From Azoarcus sp. (GTDB lineage Bacteria > Pseudomonadota > Gammaproteobacteria > Burkholderiales > Rhodocyclaceae), in assembly GCA_013911595.1 (NCBI GenBank), contig JACESY010000001.1, forward strand, positions 1-58,701: a DNA stretch of 58,701 bases. Reading direction: 5' to 3'. Position 1 is the stretch's first letter. Every line of letters starts with the position of its first letter. The translations under genes were made by a program, and so were the position numbers. The notes below the pieces were generated by a model that was not told the origin of the DNA, ran no database searches, and saw only the letters and a list, made by a program, of their open reading frames with translations. Below are positions 1-9,602 of this stretch, in pieces.

Positions 1-929
1 GTGGCCGCCACGCCGACCACCGAACCCCAGGCGTGCGGCACACACTCCACACCATGCGCCGAGGCCAGCGCAGCGATCTTCTTGCATTCGGTCAACCCGC
101 CCGCGGCACACACGTCGGGCTGGACGATGTCCATGGCCTTGCGCACGATCGCGTCGCGGAAGCCCCAGCGGGTGAACTCGTTCTCGCCGCCGGCCACCGC
201 CATGTCGAGCGCGCGCGCCACCTCCACGTAGCCGTCGATGTCCTCGGGGGAGATCGGCTCTTCGAACCATTCGATGTCGAGCTCCTCGAGCTGGCGTCCA
301 AGACGGATCGCCATCGGCACCGAGAAGCAGTGGTTGGCGTCGACCATCAGGCGAACGTCGGGGCCGATGGCGCGGCGCACGGCGGCGACGCGCTCGACGT
401 CCTTGCGGATCGAGCCCAGGCCGATCTTCATCTTGATCGCACCGAAGCCTTCCTCGACGTAGCCCTCGGCTTCCTCGACGGCCTCGCCGATGAGGTTGTC
501 CATGTCGACGAAGTACAGCCCCGTCGCGTAGGCCTGCACCTCGGTGCGAAAGGCCCCGCCGATGAGCTTGTGCACCGGCTTGTTGCACGCCTTGCCGATG
601 ATGTCCCACAGGGCGATATCGATGCCGCTGATCGCCGCGATCGCCATGCCCTTGTTGCCGTAGTCCTTGATGCGGTTGTAGAGCTCCTCCCAGATCACCT
701 CGACATCGAAGGGATCGCGCCCCTTGATGCGCGCGGCGAACTGCGTGTCGATGAAGGCCTTTGCCACGGCGGACGGCCCGTAGCACTCGCCCCAGCCAAC
801 GATGCCATCATCGGTCTCGATCTCCACGAGGCAGGTGCCTCGGGTCTTGTAGATCCATCCGCGCGAGGAAGTGAATGGCTGCTGGATGGGCGTGCTCAGC
901 ACGTGGCAGGTGATTTTTTCAATTTTCAT
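1..929 (-). CDS. Mandelate racemase/muconate lactonizing enzyme family (enolase superfamily), possibly a sugar-acid dehydratase/cycloisomerase; 3' end lies beyond the window
   Basis: Not in the ORF track; hand translation gives MKIEKITCHVLSTPIQQPF...GIVGWGECYG...AISGIDIALWDIIGK...KMKIG...LMVDAN...WFEEP...GGENE...QPD. Start overlaps the tctA-like stop. Confidence 0.9.
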   Translation of the reverse strand, partial: MKIEKITCHVLSTPIQQPFTSSRGWIYKTRGTCLVEIETDDGIVGWGECYGPSAVAKAFIDTQFAARIKGRDPFDVEVIWEELYNRIKDYGNKGMAIAAISGIDIALWDIIGKACNKPVHKLIGGAFRTEVQAYATGLYFVDMDNLIGEAVEEAEGYVEEGFGAIKMKIGLGSIRKDVERVAAVRRAIGPDVRLMVDANHCFSVPMAIRLGRQLEELDIEWFEEPISPEDIDGYVEVARALDMAVAGGENEFTRWGFRDAIVRKAMDIVQPDVCAAGGLTECKKIAALASAHGVECVPHAWGSVVGVAA

Positions 930-2451
930 TCGCGGTGCTCCTCGCTGTGGGGTTCGGGGCGGATTGACGCTGACGCTTGATCCACGACAGCAGGTTGGGA
1001 AGGACCAGCGCCAGCAAGGCGATCGTGAGAATCGTCGCGGCACCCGGTCGGGTGAGGAAGGTGCTCCATTCGCCGCCGCTGATGACCAGCGCGCGCCGCG
1101 TCTCGGATTCGAGCAACGGGCCCAGGATCACGCCGATGACCGCCGGATACACCGGGATGCCGGCCAGCGTCATCAGGAAGCCGCCAACGCCGAGCGCAAG
1201 CATGATGACGACGTCGAACCACTGGTTGGCGAGGGAGTAGGTCCCGACCACGGCGAGCACGAACAACGCCGGGACGAGCAGGTGACGGGGCACGTCAAGC
1301 ACGCGCACGAAGAAGCGGAAGCCGATCAGGCCGACCACGGCGATCATCAGCATCGCGATCAGCACCGAGCCGAGAATCTCCCACACGATGGGGCCGCTGG
1401 TCTCGAACAGGCGCGGGCCCGGCTGCAGGCCATGGATGGTCAGGCCGCCGAGCAGCATCGCGGTGACCGTGTCACCGGGAATGCCGAGTGTGAGCAGCGG
1501 AATCAGCGCACCGCCGGTCACGCCGTTGTTGGCCGCTTCAGAGGCGACCACCCCGCCCGGCGCGCCCTTGCCGTATTCGGCGCGGTTCTTGTCCGAGCGC
1601 TTGGCCTGATCGTAGGCGATGAGCGAGCCGACACTGCCGCCGAGCGCCGGGACGATACCGACGACGACGCCGATGATCGCGGAACGGATGGTGTTGCCCG
1701 CCTGCCCGCACCACTCGCGGAAGCCGGGCAGCATGTTCTTCAGCGTGTAGGGCAATTTCTCGCCGTTGTTGCGCTCGAACATCGAGCCCATCAGTTCGGG
1801 GATCACCAGCAGACCAATGAGCGCCGGCATGATGTCGATACCGCGCATCAGCGCCAGGGTGTCGAAGGTCCAGCGCCCTTCGCCGGTAATCTGGTCGAGG
1901 CCGACCACCGACAGAGCCACGCCGATGACCACCGACAGGGCGCCCTTGAGCAGGCGTCCGGGCACGATGGACGCGATGATGGTCATGCCCAGCAGAGCCG
2001 TCGCGGCGTATTCAGCGGGGCCGAGTTTAAGCGCCAGGCGGGCGAGCATCGGCGCGAGGGTGACGAGGAACACCCAGGCCACCAGGCCACCGACGATGGA
2101 CGACACCAGCGCCCAGCCGTACGCACGGCCGGCGAGTCCCTTGCGCGCCATCGGATAGCCGTCGATGGTCGTGATCAGTGCCGAGGGAGTTCCAGGGATA
2201 TTGATCAGGATCGCGGGGATCGCCCCGCCGGCCATGGAACCGCAGTACAGCGCGATCATCATGCCGATGGCCAGATCCGCCTCGAGCGGGAAGGTGAGCG
2301 GGATGAACAGCGCCACGCCCATCGTCGCGGTCAGCCCCGGCGTCGCGCCGAAGGTGAAGCCCACCACCACACCGACCAGGATCAGGCCCAGCGCAACCGG
2401 TGACGTGACGGTGCTCAGCAGCGCGGGGATCAGGTTGTCGAGCAGCTCCAT
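919..2451 (-). CDS. tctA: Tripartite tricarboxylate transporter large permease (TctA family)
   Basis: GATPGLT, GAIPAILINIPGTP, EAANN, LLTLGIPGD motifs; multi-TM. Confidence 0.92.
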   Translation of the reverse strand: MELLDNLIPALLSTVTSPVALGLILVGVVVGFTFGATPGLTATMGVALFIPLTFPLEADLAIGMMIALYCGSMAGGAIPAILINIPGTPSALITTIDGYPMARKGLAGRAYGWALVSSIVGGLVAWVFLVTLAPMLARLALKLGPAEYAATALLGMTIIASIVPGRLLKGALSVVIGVALSVVGLDQITGEGRWTFDTLALMRGIDIMPALIGLLVIPELMGSMFERNNGEKLPYTLKNMLPGFREWCGQAGNTIRSAIIGVVVGIVPALGGSVGSLIAYDQAKRSDKNRAEYGKGAPGGVVASEAANNGVTGGALIPLLTLGIPGDTVTAMLLGGLTIHGLQPGPRLFETSGPIVWEILGSVLIAMLMIAVVGLIGFRFFVRVLDVPRHLLVPALFVLAVVGTYSLANQWFDVVIMLALGVGGFLMTLAGIPVYPAVIGVILGPLLESETRRALVISGGEWSTFLTRPGAATILTIALLALVLPNLLSWIKRQRQSAPNPTARSTANEN

Positions 2452-2463
2452 CGATTCAACTCC

Positions 2464-2958
2464 TCAGCGCAACGGAACTTGCAGGACGTAGACGAACAGG
2501 GCCCACACGCCCGAGCCGAAAGCCACCGAGCACAGCGCAATCGCGCCGAATGCCCGCGGGCTCCGCAGTTCGCGCGGCAACAGCACCACGCTCATCGTCA
2601 CGAGAAACAGGATGGACGCCACCGGAAATCCGATCGCGGCCCACAGGGCGACGTAGGTCGACAACGCGACCAGGGTCACCAGACTGATACGCACCACCCG
2701 GCGCGGGTCGGCTCCTTCGCCAAACTCGCTCGCGCCGTCGATCCGGCCCGAGCGGCGCATCGATACGAGGTCACGCAGGAAGATCAATACCGACAATGCC
2801 GCGATGGCCACGACGCTGAACTGCGGCAGTGCCCCGGGCCCGATGCCGTTGACACGCCCCGCTGCCGGCAGGGCGAAGGCGGGCGACCACAACAGCGCGA
2901 CCAGCCCGAGCAGGATCAGCGTCACCGCCGCGCTGGCAGCAAGTCGAAGACTGTGCAT
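2464..2958 (-). CDS. tctB: TTT small permease (TctB family)
   Basis: About 4 TM helices, GPGALP motif, C-terminal LQVPLR; lies between tctC and tctA. Confidence 0.85.
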   Translation of the reverse strand: MHSLRLAASAAVTLILLGLVALLWSPAFALPAAGRVNGIGPGALPQFSVVAIAALSVLIFLRDLVSMRRSGRIDGASEFGEGADPRRVVRISLVTLVALSTYVALWAAIGFPVASILFLVTMSVVLLPRELRSPRAFGAIALCSVAFGSGVWALFVYVLQVPLR

Positions 2959-3011
2959 GCGGATTTCCCCTGGGATGCGGGCCGCCCGTGACCGGACGGC
3001 CCGTCTGCGGT

Positions 3012-3980
3012 TTACTTGAAGGTCTGTTCCGCGACCGCGGCGATGGCCTTGGCGACTGCGGCGACTTCCTTGTCCAGAGCCTCCCCGGCGAGCGGGTCGA
3101 TCAGGAAGCCGTTGTCCGCCGCGAACTTCTTGAACTCGGGGCTTTCCAGCGCCGCGCGGTACTTCGCCGTCAGCGTCTCGCGCACCTTAGGGTCCATGTT
3201 GGCGGGAGCGGCAATGTAGGCCATCTGGATCACCGGACCGAACGGATAGACGTCGATGCCGCGATCGGCGAAGGTGGGCACGTCGGGCAGCACATCCAGG
3301 CGCTCGTTGGCGAACACGCCGAGCGGGCGCAGGTCGCCCGACTTGATCTGCTCCATCGTCTCGCTGGGCTTGAGCACGCCTGCGGCGATCTGGCCCCCCA
3401 TCAGCTCGGCGATGACCCGCGAGCCGCCCGGATAAGGCACGTGACGATAAGCCACGCCGGCACCGCGAGCGGTCATCTCGGCAAAGATGTGGTTGATGTT
3501 GTAGGTGCCCGGCGTGCCGATGGTGACCTTGCCGTCGTTGGCCTTCAGGTGGGCCATGAACTCGTCGAGGGTCTTGTGCGGGCTGTTGCCCGGGACCAGT
3601 AGCATCAGCGGATCGACCGATACGCGGATGATGTGCGTGAACTGGTCATTCTTCAGCGGCGCCTTGCCCTGCGCGATGATCGACAGCGTCGAGCTGGTGC
3701 CATTGCCGATGGTGTAGCCGTCGGGCTTTGCCGTAGCCACCTGCCCCATGCCGATGGCGCCCGTGCCGCCCGGCACGTTCTCGATGACGACCTTGAGTCC
3801 TTCCTTGGCCAGGATCGGCTGCAGGAAGCGCGCCATGATGTCGTTCGATCCGCCCGCATTCCATGGAATCACCCAGCGGACTTCGCGCTCGGGGTATTCG
3901 GCTGCGCTGGTGGAAGACAGGCCTGCGGTCAGACCGAGGGCGGCGACGGTGGTGAGCAAGATCCTTCGTGCGAGCTTCAT
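3012..3980 (-). CDS. tctC: TTT substrate-binding protein (TctC/Bug family)
   Basis: Signal peptide from MKLARR, YPEREV..IPWNAGGSND, ENVPGGTG, PDGYT, HVPYPGG. Confidence 0.92.
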   Translation of the reverse strand: MKLARRILLTTVAALGLTAGLSSTSAAEYPEREVRWVIPWNAGGSNDIMARFLQPILAKEGLKVVIENVPGGTGAIGMGQVATAKPDGYTIGNGTSSTLSIIAQGKAPLKNDQFTHIIRVSVDPLMLLVPGNSPHKTLDEFMAHLKANDGKVTIGTPGTYNINHIFAEMTARGAGVAYRHVPYPGGSRVIAELMGGQIAAGVLKPSETMEQIKSGDLRPLGVFANERLDVLPDVPTFADRGIDVYPFGPVIQMAYIAAPANMDPKVRETLTAKYRAALESPEFKKFAADNGFLIDPLAGEALDKEVAAVAKAIAAVAEQTFK

Positions 3981-4020
3981 GGTGAGTCTCCTACACTGGT
4001 GGAAAATCGGTGTTTGTTGT

Positions 4021-4032
4021 TTGTTATAACAA
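4021..4032. promoter_or_regulatory. Palindromic GntR-type operator candidate
   Basis: Perfect palindrome TTGTTATAACAA in the divergent tctC/gntR intergenic region. Confidence 0.55.
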
Positions 4033-4116
4033 ACACCGTACATCACTAATTCGTGTAGAGTCAACTCGTCCGCGTCACACTCGACCCGGAATTTCAGAAT
4101 GCAAGGACGCACAATC

Positions 4117-4821
4117 ATGGAACCCGCCACGCAACTGCAACCGGCACTTCAACCGGTCGAACGCGAGCCGCTCGGAGATCAAGTCTTTGCGCAGATCCGG
4201 GACGCGCTCTTCGCCGGGCGCTTCGAACCCGGCCAGCGGCTGGTGCTGCGTGATCTGGCGGACTCGCTGGGGATCTCGATCACTCCGGTTCGAGACGCAC
4301 TGAACCGCATGGTCGCCGGCGGCGTGCTCGAACAGGGGCCGCGCAATTCCGCCGTGGTGCCCGATCTGGACGCAAAGTCGCTGCGCCATCTGCTGATCGT
4401 TCGCACGGAACTGGAGGGACGCGCGACGCGCGAGGCCGCCCGCAACGCCGACACCGGTCGCCTGCGCGTGCTCGAAGAAACGATGGTCCAGATGCGTCGC
4501 CTGATCGCCGAGCGAAAACTCGAGGCCTATCTCGACCTGCACCGGCAATTCCATTTCGGCATCTACCGCATGGCCGACATCCCCATCCTGTTAGAGATGA
4601 TCGAGAGCTTGTGGCTGCGCTGCGGCCCGGTGCTCACCTTTGTGATCCCGGACTACGTGCTCTCACTCAAGGGCACGGACCACCACCTGAAGATTCTTGA
4701 AGCCCTGCACGCTGGCGACGCCGATACGGCCGAAACGGAAATGATCGCCGACATCGAGGAGGCCGGCGCCTACCTGCTCGGTCTCGCGGACAGCGAGGGC
4801 CGCATTCGACGATCGCGATAA
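4117..4821 (+). CDS. GntR family regulator (FCD domain)
   Basis: GRFEPGQRL..LADSLGISITPVRDAL wHTH; FH..IYRMA FCD; alternative start at 4099. Confidence 0.9.
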   Translation: MEPATQLQPALQPVEREPLGDQVFAQIRDALFAGRFEPGQRLVLRDLADSLGISITPVRDALNRMVAGGVLEQGPRNSAVVPDLDAKSLRHLLIVRTELEGRATREAARNADTGRLRVLEETMVQMRRLIAERKLEAYLDLHRQFHFGIYRMADIPILLEMIESLWLRCGPVLTFVIPDYVLSLKGTDHHLKILEALHAGDADTAETEMIADIEEAGAYLLGLADSEGRIRRSR

Positions 4822-4887
4822 GCCGCGCCGGCGCGCCAGAGTTCCGGCCAGCCTATCCGTGGCGCCCACAGAAAATGTGCAACACCC

Positions 4888-5478
4888 CTAGGACGAGGTG
4901 TCGTCTTCGACCACCCGCGACTTGGGCAAGGGCGCCCTGCGCCAGCAGCGCACCGTGCGCTGGAAGAACAGGCTATTGGGAATCTGAAGCACGGTGTCGC
5001 TGCCGTCCTCAAGACGCTCCTTGAGCGTGGTGTGGATCAGGTTGATGTCCACCACTTGCCCCTTCAGGCCGGGCTTGTCCCCGCCTTCGAGCAGTTCGAT
5101 ATGGTCATACAGCCGGAACGGCCGCGTGGTCAGGATGAGCAGCGTGCAGAAGATGTTCGAGAGCACGCTCCACGCGGCGAAGAACGCCACCGCCGCAACC
5201 GCCGCAAAGCCGGTGAAGGCCGTCCACAACACGGTGCCGGAAACACCGAAGCGGTCGAGCACCAGCAGCAGCGCAAAGGCGTAGATGACGAAACCCACCG
5301 ATCGCCTCGTCACGATCACGATTTCGCGCGGCAGATGGTAGTGGTCGGCGACGCGATGCATCAGCCGACGCAGCAGCAGGTTCGCGACCCACGCGCTGAC
5401 GAGGATCGCCCCCACCTGCAGGCCCAGCGTGATGCTCGCAATCCAGGGGTGGACCCATTCGGGCAGAAACGGCTTCAT
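4888..5478 (-). CDS. Small-conductance mechanosensitive channel family protein (short MscS)
   Basis: 3 TM, LSNIF..LILTTRPFRLYDHIE, GQVVDINL, QIPNSLF. Confidence 0.85.
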   Translation of the reverse strand: MKPFLPEWVHPWIASITLGLQVGAILVSAWVANLLLRRLMHRVADHYHLPREIVIVTRRSVGFVIYAFALLLVLDRFGVSGTVLWTAFTGFAAVAAVAFFAAWSVLSNIFCTLLILTTRPFRLYDHIELLEGGDKPGLKGQVVDINLIHTTLKERLEDGSDTVLQIPNSLFFQRTVRCWRRAPLPKSRVVEDDTSS

Positions 5479-5637
5479 CGGCGAGGCGACTCCATGAACG
5501 GGTGCCATCGATTCTACTGGCACCGGTGTACTCGCACTTCAAATCCGGTGATCGAAACGAATCACGAGACACGAGACACGCAAAATGCGTTGTGATGCTG
5601 CTCAAGGACCGCCATCGCCCTGGTCGTTCAGGCTTTC

Positions 5638-5667
5638 GCAGGGCAGGTTAGCGCAGCGTAACCCGCC
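5638..5667 (+). repeat. Degenerate REP-like palindrome
   Basis: GCAG-GGCAGGTTAGCGCAGCGTAACCCGCC resembles a GTAG-type REP (tetranucleotide foot plus imperfect hairpin). Confidence 0.45.
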
Positions 5668-5724
5668 GGATTCCAGACCCTCTCGCACCTGGGCCCTGGC
5701 GGGGAGAACCCGCCAGGGCGTTGA

Positions 5725-6696
5725 TCAGGGAACCGAGATAACGACTTTCCCGCGGAACGGCTTGCCATCAACCTCACCTCGCTCCAGTGCAGCGTGGGCT
5801 TCCGGGATCTGGGCCAGCGAGAACGTGGCGCCAATGATCGGGCGGATGCGACCGTTCTCGAGCAGCGTCTTGAGCGCCTGCAATTTGCCCCGGTTCTGGC
5901 GAGTGAAGACGAAGTGATACTCGGCGTTCACGCCCCATGCCGCCACGAGGTTCTGTGGAGTGGCCAGATCGACCAGGGTAACGACTCGGCCGCCGTCGCT
6001 GAGTACGTGAGGTGACTGGCTCAGCGTCAGGCCTCCAATGGTGTCAAGCACCACATTCACACCCTGGCCACCCGTCAAGCGGGCGATCTCATCGGTGTAG
6101 TCCTGGCTGGTGAAGTCAATGGCGTGGTCTGCGCCCAACTGGCGTACGAACTCAAGATCACGGCCCCGAGCAGTGGTGTAGACGGTTGCGCCCATGGTTT
6201 TGGCCAGTTGAATCGCGATGGACCCAACGCCCCCCGCCCCACCGTGGATCAGCACAGACTCCGCCGGACTCAGCTTTGCTCGCGTGACCAGGGCTTCCCA
6301 CGCCGTTCCGCCAACGAGCGTCATGGACGCCGCTTCTTCGTGCGACAGATTCGCAGGCTTGTGCGTCACCAATGCTTCCGGAACGACGTTGTACTGGGCG
6401 TAGGAACCGCCCTTGGGGCCAAAGATCCTGGGCGTGTAGAACACCTCGTCGCCCACCTTGAAGTCCGTCACCCCGGGACCCACCCTTTCGACCACGCCCG
6501 AGACGTCATGGCCGGTGATGGCGGGCAGGGAAACATACTCCGGATAGTCGCCCCGGCGGATCTGGTAGTCGAGAGGGTTGATGGCAGTGGCCATCACGCG
6601 CACCAACAGCTCACCGACCTCGACTTCAGGAATTGCCACGTCCTGCAGCTCAAAACTGTCGAGGCCACCGAACTTCGTAAGAATCATCGCTTTCAT
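5725..6696 (-). CDS. MDR superfamily NADPH:quinone oxidoreductase / zinc-type alcohol dehydrogenase-like protein
   Basis: AINPLD, GHDVSGVV, VLIHGGAGGVG; no catalytic Zn cysteines. Confidence 0.9.
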   Translation of the reverse strand: MKAMILTKFGGLDSFELQDVAIPEVEVGELLVRVMATAINPLDYQIRRGDYPEYVSLPAITGHDVSGVVERVGPGVTDFKVGDEVFYTPRIFGPKGGSYAQYNVVPEALVTHKPANLSHEEAASMTLVGGTAWEALVTRAKLSPAESVLIHGGAGGVGSIAIQLAKTMGATVYTTARGRDLEFVRQLGADHAIDFTSQDYTDEIARLTGGQGVNVVLDTIGGLTLSQSPHVLSDGGRVVTLVDLATPQNLVAAWGVNAEYHFVFTRQNRGKLQALKTLLENGRIRPIIGATFSLAQIPEAHAALERGEVDGKPFRGKVVISVP

Positions 6697-6722
6697 TTCA
6701 ATCCTCGCTTCTAGAAAAAGGG

Positions 6723-6742
6723 ATATCGAGAACTTTCGATCT
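6723..6742. promoter_or_regulatory. ArsR operator candidate (oxidoreductase promoter)
   Basis: ATATCGA-N6-TCGATCT, a near copy of the site at 7069. Confidence 0.6.
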
Positions 6743-6756
6743 ATAGGGGTAAAAAA

Positions 6757-7059
6757 TTACAGCTCTTTCCCGATGATGTCGGCAAGAGCGCTGATGGTTG
6801 CTTCGTTCCGCTTGTAGTAGGTCCACTGACCAATGCGCCTGACCTCGACCAAACCCGCTCGTTGCAGCGTTGCAAGATAATCAGACACCGTGGACTGCGA
6901 CAGCCCGACGCCTTCTTGAATGCTGCTGACGCATACACCCACCGTATGAACGTCCCCTTCATCCTGCGGAGGGAAGTGTTTCGCCGGATCCTTCAAACCT
7001 TTAAGGATTTCAAGGCGCGTACGGTTGGAGAGGGCTTTGAATATTTGAAGCAAGTCCAT
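6757..7059 (-). CDS. ArsR/SmtB family regulator
   Basis: IFKALSNRTRLEIL, VCV..I, LSQSTVSDYL..L.RAGLV...R.GQWTYY. Confidence 0.9.
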   Translation of the reverse strand: MDLLQIFKALSNRTRLEILKGLKDPAKHFPPQDEGDVHTVGVCVSSIQEGVGLSQSTVSDYLATLQRAGLVEVRRIGQWTYYKRNEATISALADIIGKEL

Positions 7060-7068
7060 GAGCTGATT

Positions 7069-7088
7069 ATATCGACGTTTTTCGATAT
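7069..7088. promoter_or_regulatory. ArsR autoregulatory operator candidate
   Basis: ATATCGA-N6-TCGATAT palindrome about 10 bp upstream of the arsR start. Confidence 0.65.
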
Positions 7089-7247
7089 GTCAATACGAAA
7101 GTCATCCAGACTGGCGCTTCGCCGGTAGATGCCGGATACGCGCTGCCCGTCGGCCACGGGACGATGCTCCAGGCGCCGACGCCGCCACTAGGCCAAATGG
7201 GCCATTTTGGGTATTATTGGCCATCATCATCCTTCCGGAAGACCGAC

Positions 7248-7598
7248 ATGACCCGAGCCTCCGATCCGGGCGACATCGACACCCTGCCCCGCACGCCCGC
7301 CTCCGACGTCAAGCGGCTGGGCTGGCGTGGTGTGATGAAGAGCGTCGGGCGGGCCGGGCGGATCGTCGTGACCAATCACAACGAGCCCGAAGCGGTGATC
7401 CTGTCCACCGACGAATACGCAGCCATGGTGCGGGCGCTGGCGCGCAGCAGCGATGAGGCCGCGCTGGAAGCACTGCGGCATCGCTTCGACGAACGTCTGG
7501 CCGCGCTCGAAGCCCCCGACGCGGGCGATCGGCTGCGCCAACTGGCGCGCGCCCCGGCGCGGCTCGAAGGCCGCGTGAAAGCCGGTAGCGGATATTGA
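7248..7598 (+). CDS. Phd/YefM family antitoxin
   Basis: ASDVK..GWRGVM...G.IVVTNHNEPEAVILS; 4-nt overlap with the next gene; AAATGG-G-CCATTT palindrome upstream (~7195). Confidence 0.75.
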   Translation: MTRASDPGDIDTLPRTPASDVKRLGWRGVMKSVGRAGRIVVTNHNEPEAVILSTDEYAAMVRALARSSDEAALEALRHRFDERLAALEAPDAGDRLRQLARAPARLEGRVKAGSGY

Positions 7599-8236
7599 AC
7601 TCCCGTCCGGTGATCTTCGTCCTGGCCGGCGTCAACGGCGCCGGCAAGAGTTCGATCGGCGGCCACCTGCTGCGCCACGCCGGACTCGACTGGTACAACC
7701 CGGACCGCTTCGCGCGCGAACTGATGGCCGCCACCGGTTGCGAGCAAACCCACGCCAACGCACTGGCCTGGCAGGAAGGCATGCGCCGCATGGATGCGGC
7801 GCTCGCCGCCGGCACCTCCTTCGCCTTCGAGACCACGCTGGGCGGCAACCACGTACCCGCCCGCCTGCATGACGCCACCGCCACCCACGACGTGATCATG
7901 TGGTTCTGCGGCCTGGACTCCGTCGATCGACACCTCGCGCGCGTTCAGTCCCGCGTCGCCGCTGGTGGCCACGACATCCCCGAGGCGAAGATCCGCGAAC
8001 GCTGGACGCGCGCCCGCGCCAACCTCATCGGGCTGATGCCGCATTTGGCCTATCTTCGGGTGTTCGACAACAGCACCGACGCCGCCCCCGGCACTGCCGT
8101 GCCCGACCCGCTGACCGTTCTCGAAATGGAGCACGGCCGCCTGCTGTGGCCCACCGATGCCACCGACTGGCGCTACACCCCGGACTGGGCCAAGCCGCTG
8201 CTCGAAGCCGCGCTGGCGACACCCGTCGGGCCATGA
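7595..8236 (+). CDS. Zeta-toxin-like P-loop NTPase (COG4185-like), putative toxin
   Basis: Walker A AGVNGAGKSS, NPD, SFAFETTL, RV..RVAAGGHDIPE..IR.R, FDNS; TTG start. Confidence 0.8.
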   Translation: MNSRPVIFVLAGVNGAGKSSIGGHLLRHAGLDWYNPDRFARELMAATGCEQTHANALAWQEGMRRMDAALAAGTSFAFETTLGGNHVPARLHDATATHDVIMWFCGLDSVDRHLARVQSRVAAGGHDIPEAKIRERWTRARANLIGLMPHLAYLRVFDNSTDAAPGTAVPDPLTVLEMEHGRLLWPTDATDWRYTPDWAKPLLEAALATPVGP

Positions 8237-8475
8237 AGCTCCATTCAGCGCAGATCACACCAGCCGCCCGCCTCAGACTCCAATGGTGACAAATTGGCAC
8301 CGGAGTATATACTCTGGACAGTTGCCGACCCGATACGCACAACGCCAGAGAACCTGACCTGCGACACCACACCGGACGCGGGCTTGGCCAAGGCACCGAA
8401 GGCGACAAAGATGCTGAACCCGACTGGGACATCGTCCTTGATCAAGACGCATACATAGACATAGAGATCGCCGAT

Positions 8476-8790
8476 ATGGCAACCAAGACCAAAGAACGAG
8501 GCCGCATCACCGCACGAGCACCTCAACCCGTCGTAGACGAGCTAGAGGAGGCCGCTGCACTTGCAGGGATCACCGTCAATCAGTTCATCGTTCAGGCCGC
8601 CACCGAAAAGGCCCGAACCATCATTGATGCCTTCACGCGGGTGAGCCTGTCGCGCCGTGACGCCGTCTTCATCGCCACCCTGCTGGACAACCCGCCCTCG
8701 CCGAACGAGGCTTTGCAACGGGCTGCCCGGCGCTACGAGCAGGAAGTCGAGCGTGCAGATCCTTCCGCTGCAAAGCCATCACGACACTGA
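8476..8790 (+). CDS. DUF1778 (TacA-like) RHH antitoxin
   Basis: RITAR...LEEAAAL.G.TVNQFIVQAA.EKA...LS.RDA.....LDNPP.PNEAL..AA; upstream imperfect palindrome GGTGACAAATTGGCACC (~8285). Confidence 0.88.
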   Translation: MATKTKERGRITARAPQPVVDELEEAAALAGITVNQFIVQAATEKARTIIDAFTRVSLSRRDAVFIATLLDNPPSPNEALQRAARRYEQEVERADPSAAKPSRH

Positions 8791-9253
8791 GGCGTTCTCG
8801 TGCGGGAGCAACGCGCTGGACAAGTGGTTCCAGCGCATCGCCAAGCAGCATCTCAGCAAAGGCATTTCCCGCACCTACGTAGCCGAAAGCCCAGCCGATC
8901 ATCGAATCGTGCTGGGCTTTTACAGCCTCACCGTGGGCGAGGCGCGGACCGAGGATTTGCCTGCGAGCATCGCCAAAACGCTGCCTCGAAAAATCCCCAT
9001 CGTGCTGCTGGGCCGCCTGGCTGTCGCCAAAAGCGCCCAAGGCCAGGGGCTTGGCGGGCTGTTGCTGGTGGATGCGCTAAAACGCACTGTTCGTGTTTCC
9101 ACACAGGTGGGGATTGCCGCGATTCTGGTTGATGCGAAAGACGCGCACGCGGAAGCCTTCTACCAACATTTCGGATTTCAGCCGCTGCCTGGCTCTCCCA
9201 ACAGACTGGTTCTGCCGGTCAAGACGGCTGCGGCGCTCTTCGATACTAAGTGA
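8753..9253 (+). CDS. GNAT acetyltransferase toxin (TacT/AtaT-like)
   Basis: HD.EAFSCG..ALD.W, LLGRLAV...QGQGLG..LL.DAL, VDAKD..A.AFYQHFGF; GTG start overlaps the antitoxin. Confidence 0.88.
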   Translation: MQILPLQSHHDTEAFSCGSNALDKWFQRIAKQHLSKGISRTYVAESPADHRIVLGFYSLTVGEARTEDLPASIAKTLPRKIPIVLLGRLAVAKSAQGQGLGGLLLVDALKRTVRVSTQVGIAAILVDAKDAHAEAFYQHFGFQPLPGSPNRLVLPVKTAAALFDTK

Positions 9254-9272
9254 ATTCGATCGAACTTCTATC

Positions 9273-9300
9273 GGGTATAAATTCCAGACCCGACCCCGCG
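9273..9300 (+). repeat. 28-bp direct repeat, copy 1 (left of vapBC)
   Basis: GGGTATAAATTCCAGACCCGACCCCGCG; 26/28 identical to 10119-10146. Confidence 0.85.
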
Positions 9301-9389
9301 CTCCTGTTGATCTGACGCGCGGCCTCTACCGGATACACCAAACGGTGTATTCTTACCATATCACTATCGATCAAGATGAGGTACGGGCA

Positions 9390-9602
9390 ATGACTGCCAC
9401 TGCAACCTTGTCCAGCAAGTTCCAGATTTCCATCCCCAAGTCCGTGCGCGAAGCGCAGCACTGGCAGGCCGGGCAAGAGTTCGTGTTCATTCCCAAAGGC
9501 AAGGGTGTGTTGATCATGCCGGTGCCTGAACTGGTCGACCTGGCCGGAATCGCCAAAGGCGCCAACAAGGACGGCTACCGCGATCGCACGGATCGCTACT
9601 GA
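9390..9602 (+). CDS. vapB: AbrB/MazE/SpoVT family antitoxin (VapB)
   Basis: ATLSSKFQISIPKSVRE....AGQ; 1-nt overlap with the PIN gene. Confidence 0.85.
   Translation: MTATATLSSKFQISIPKSVREAQHWQAGQEFVFIPKGKGVLIMPVPELVDLAGIAKGANKDGYRDRTDRY

Noticed and set aside
5563-5580. CACGAGA short tandem repeat upstream of the mscS-like gene
   Set aside because: Only about 2.5 copies; expected by chance and too short to suggest phase variation
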